Source: Klebsormidium nitens
Lineage: Eukaryota; Plantae; Klebsormidiophyceae
DNA: 38,712 nt
Direction of reading: 5' to 3'
NCBI GenBank assembly: GCA_000708835.1
Contig: DF237688.1
Span: 1 to 38,712 of the forward strand
Positions 36,000 through 38,712 of this stretch are shown piece after piece. A model generated the notes under the pieces. It saw nothing but the letters and a program-made list of their open reading frames with translations. It did no database searches and was not told the DNA's origin. Numbering within the stretch: the stretch's first letter is position 1; each line of letters starts with the position of its first letter. The position numbers and the translations under genes are program-made.

Positions 36000-37350
36000 T
36001 TTCTGATGCCACTCTCGGATCGTTGCGCTATTCAAGTAGAGTTGAAAGTGAAGTGCGATACAGCCCGCTATTTTCGTAGGACGAACGGTCTCTTGTTGAT
36101 GGTGAGTTTGAAGCGACTAGGTTTACGGATTCCGTACTCTATTCTTGCGTGTGCAGACCTTCTTGATGTCATGTCGGAAAAGTCTGGCGCCAAAACCAAC
36201 GAGTTTGCTTGGACGAAGCAAGAGTCTCAAAATGCGGCCATGAAAGCAGAGGCAGCAGCACCAGGACTCGCAAAGCCAGGTAATTACCTCCTTTCTTCAT
36301 TAGCAGACATGTTATCTCTTGGACTTCGCATGCTATCGGGACAACTTCTCATCGCCAATTGTAATAACTGGTACGTCCATTCGGACAAGGAACTCTAGTC
36401 TCTGGGGAATGCAGCTATCGAAGCCCTATTCACAACTTACAAGTAGTCCTTGCATGTTCGACGATATGCACCATGTTCTCGAGTCCAGCCTGAACTATAG
36501 TCTGCAACGTCGTCATGGTGTATTCAGCGGCGCCTGGACTGACGTCGGTTTGGAGTGGATGCTGTCCTCGACAAAGGGGCGGGTAAGCGACACCCCGTAC
36601 CTCTTCCTTTCCATTTGAGGGGTTTGCAAGCGTTTGCACAAATTCCCCGAAAGAAGAGTTGAAGGTTGATTCCTGAGGCAGCACTTGAGAAAGGTTTTAC
36701 TTCTACAAGGAGAGCATCATAAGTGTACCAGACTTCCTTTTGAAATCGGACTTCGTTTGGACTCAATTGCCGAAGCTAACTTCGTTGCCCATCCTGCAGT
36801 GGCTGGAGCACAGCCTACTTGGAGTTGCAAAAGTCTCTCATTCAGCAAGGAAAGCAATCTTAATGGAGGAGCTACCGTTTACATACTGTGGTCAGAACTG
36901 GATAAGCTCGATCCCATTGTTCGGGTCTGTAATGCAACCCAACAGATAAGAGGCTCTCTCTTTCGGAGGAGTATATTTAACGGGATTAATATTGGCCTTT
37001 TAGTCTGGCCACACTCTGAACCAGACTGCAACAACACCGTACAGCGCGGACCAATCATTCTTGGAACGGCTTTGAACAATCAACGGTATAGAAATAGGCG
37101 CCACAGGATTGGATCGTACGGTTTGCATGTAACGAACGGCTGTAGAGCTGCTTTCGGCAGCAAGTCGATTCGGTCAGGCACGACAAAGTTCAATAGGCTT
37201 ATAGGTTTCGGGGTAGCGAGCTGGAGCCTGGAGGCTGCACACTACAAATACATGCATGCGCTCATCCATTGATCATGTTCGAAAGCTTCGAGTTGCTGTT
37301 TGCAGGTCCCCAGTGCGCGAGCTTTAAAACGACGGTTGTAATGACATGTA
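36000..37350 (+). other. Unidentified spliced gene fragments or pseudogene
   Basis: Intron-like GTGAG..TGCAG at 36102-36156, exon-like 36157-36279 and 37306-37347, a 195-codon ORF at 36685-37272, and an in-frame TAG at 36077-36079. No recognisable domain and no consistent model. Confidence 0.25.
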
Positions 37351-37714
37351 AGTGGTCGACTCATCCTGGCACTGATCCAACTATAGTGCTACTCAGAGCC
37401 TTCACTTGGGCGCACCGGTATTCATGAAGCACAAGTGCATAGTGATTCAGTCTCACATCATTATTGCATGTGCTGCCGCCTGGCAGCAGCATCTGCGTGT
37501 GTTAGTTCAAAACGGATCACGTTCAACGCTCTCCTGCACACTGCATATACATTCCATGCTAGCTTCTTGTGCATCCGACCGTGACGTGTTCGGCATACTA
37601 GTACGTACAGGATGTCATAATTGGCAGCTGCGTACATTCATGAGCATACCCTACTATAACCGCACTTGACACATAAGCATACTATATTTGAGATACTGAT
37701 ATAGCGCGTACGGT

Positions 37715-38712
37715 CACACGGGGCAGCTATGGTGGTTTTTCGCCCGGCGGGAAATCGCGGCACAATCCCGGCAGAAACCGTGGACATATCGCGCGAAATT
37801 AAACTCGGCCGTGCACGGTGTCACCGCCGGCACTGCGCCCCGAATTTTAATGTGGCGCGCAAAATCGCCGGAAAATCGGGGCAAATATCGGCCGATTCAG
37901 CTCCGGCTCCGGGATTTGCACTCCGTAGGAAAAGTGCTTCGAACCGAGTGTCAAAAGCTTCCGGCCTTGTAATCTTCAAGCAAGAATACCCGTAGGGTTA
38001 CCGAAGTACGACAAACACCCCACTTTTCGAAAACAGTTCGTGGCAATTCAGCCGAACGACACCGCCCCAAGGCTGCATGAGTACCGTACTGTCTGATACC
38101 GGTTCCCTGTACTGGGTAAACCTACGGTACCCAATATATTAGTTAAAAGGTAGGTACCGGGACCTCGGCGGCCCGGCTTGAGCAGTACCTACTACCTACC
38201 TAGTAGGTACGTACCTGGGACCTTAGCTACCTACCTACCCGGGTACCTAGTAGGCAGTAGGTAGGTACCTAGCCTAGGCACTAGCTACTAGGTTCCTACT
38301 TCGCTACGTGGTGGTACCCAGCGTGGACTTCGGTACGGTACCCATAGGCACGTATAGAGCGGAGTACCGGTGCAGGTTGTAACCCGTCACGAATCACCGG
38401 GCGTTCATTTACTATACGGACCGACTCAATCCCGGGACAAATGTACCATGGGTACAAGGCCTGCGATGCATACCCGCTTGGGACCCCCCCTCTGGCCTAG
38501 TGGAATGTCCCCCCATCCATGGGAATGGAACTGCAGTGTCAATCGATCATCTTCCCACGAAATTCAGGAAGAATGGTGGTTGAGCATCAAGCCACCATGA
38601 AGTAGAAATGGCTCCAACTTCACAGCAAAAGCTTAGGAGAATGCTTTACAAAGCTTCTGCATGTGTTGTCAACATCATCATGGGCCTACTGCATGAGTTT
38701 CCCACAGACATG
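37715..38712. mobile_element. Probable left end of a second transposable element (runs off the window)
   Basis: Abrupt shift from TG/CA-rich DNA to a CpG-rich block (37715-37960) with repeated AAATCG/ATATCG motifs, then a GTAC-rich tract, then an open frame from ATG 38608 to the window end. Superfamily undetermined. Confidence 0.4.
38081..38367. repeat. Low-complexity GTAC/CTAC/TAGG-rich tract
   Basis: 14 GTAC sites counted in ~290 bp (about 1 expected), plus CTACCTAC/GTAGGTAG runs. Confidence 0.8.

Noticed and set aside
1-38712. rRNA, tRNA, CRISPR arrays, prokaryotic operon or defence systems
   Set aside because: None seen. The window is spliced eukaryotic DNA with no regularly spaced repeat-spacer array or structural RNA signature recognisable by eye.

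Overview
Eukaryotic, intron-rich (all GT-AG) genomic DNA. It comes from a sucrose-making green-lineage organism that still has a ciliary transition-zone gene, which fits a streptophyte alga such as Klebsormidium (inference, no search run). Six host genes were assembled exon by exon with consistent reading frames, and they alternate strictly in strand: BASS1-like plastid Na+/metabolite symporter (-), mitochondrial D-lactate dehydrogenase (+), HPM1/METTL18-like histidine methyltransferase (-), TMEM216-like transition-zone protein (+), sucrose-phosphate synthase (-), and a small protein made only of an IGHMBP2-type C-terminal AN1 zinc-finger module (+). A ~3.5 kb hAT DNA transposon with a single frameshift sits between the divergent HPM1 and TMEM216 genes. 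The most interesting items are the stand-alone IGHMBP2-like AN1 gene, a 3.6 kb DLD intron holding antisense exon-like segments, the micro-exon TMEM216 gene, and a probable second transposon end at the window edge carrying a GTAC/TA-saturated tract.
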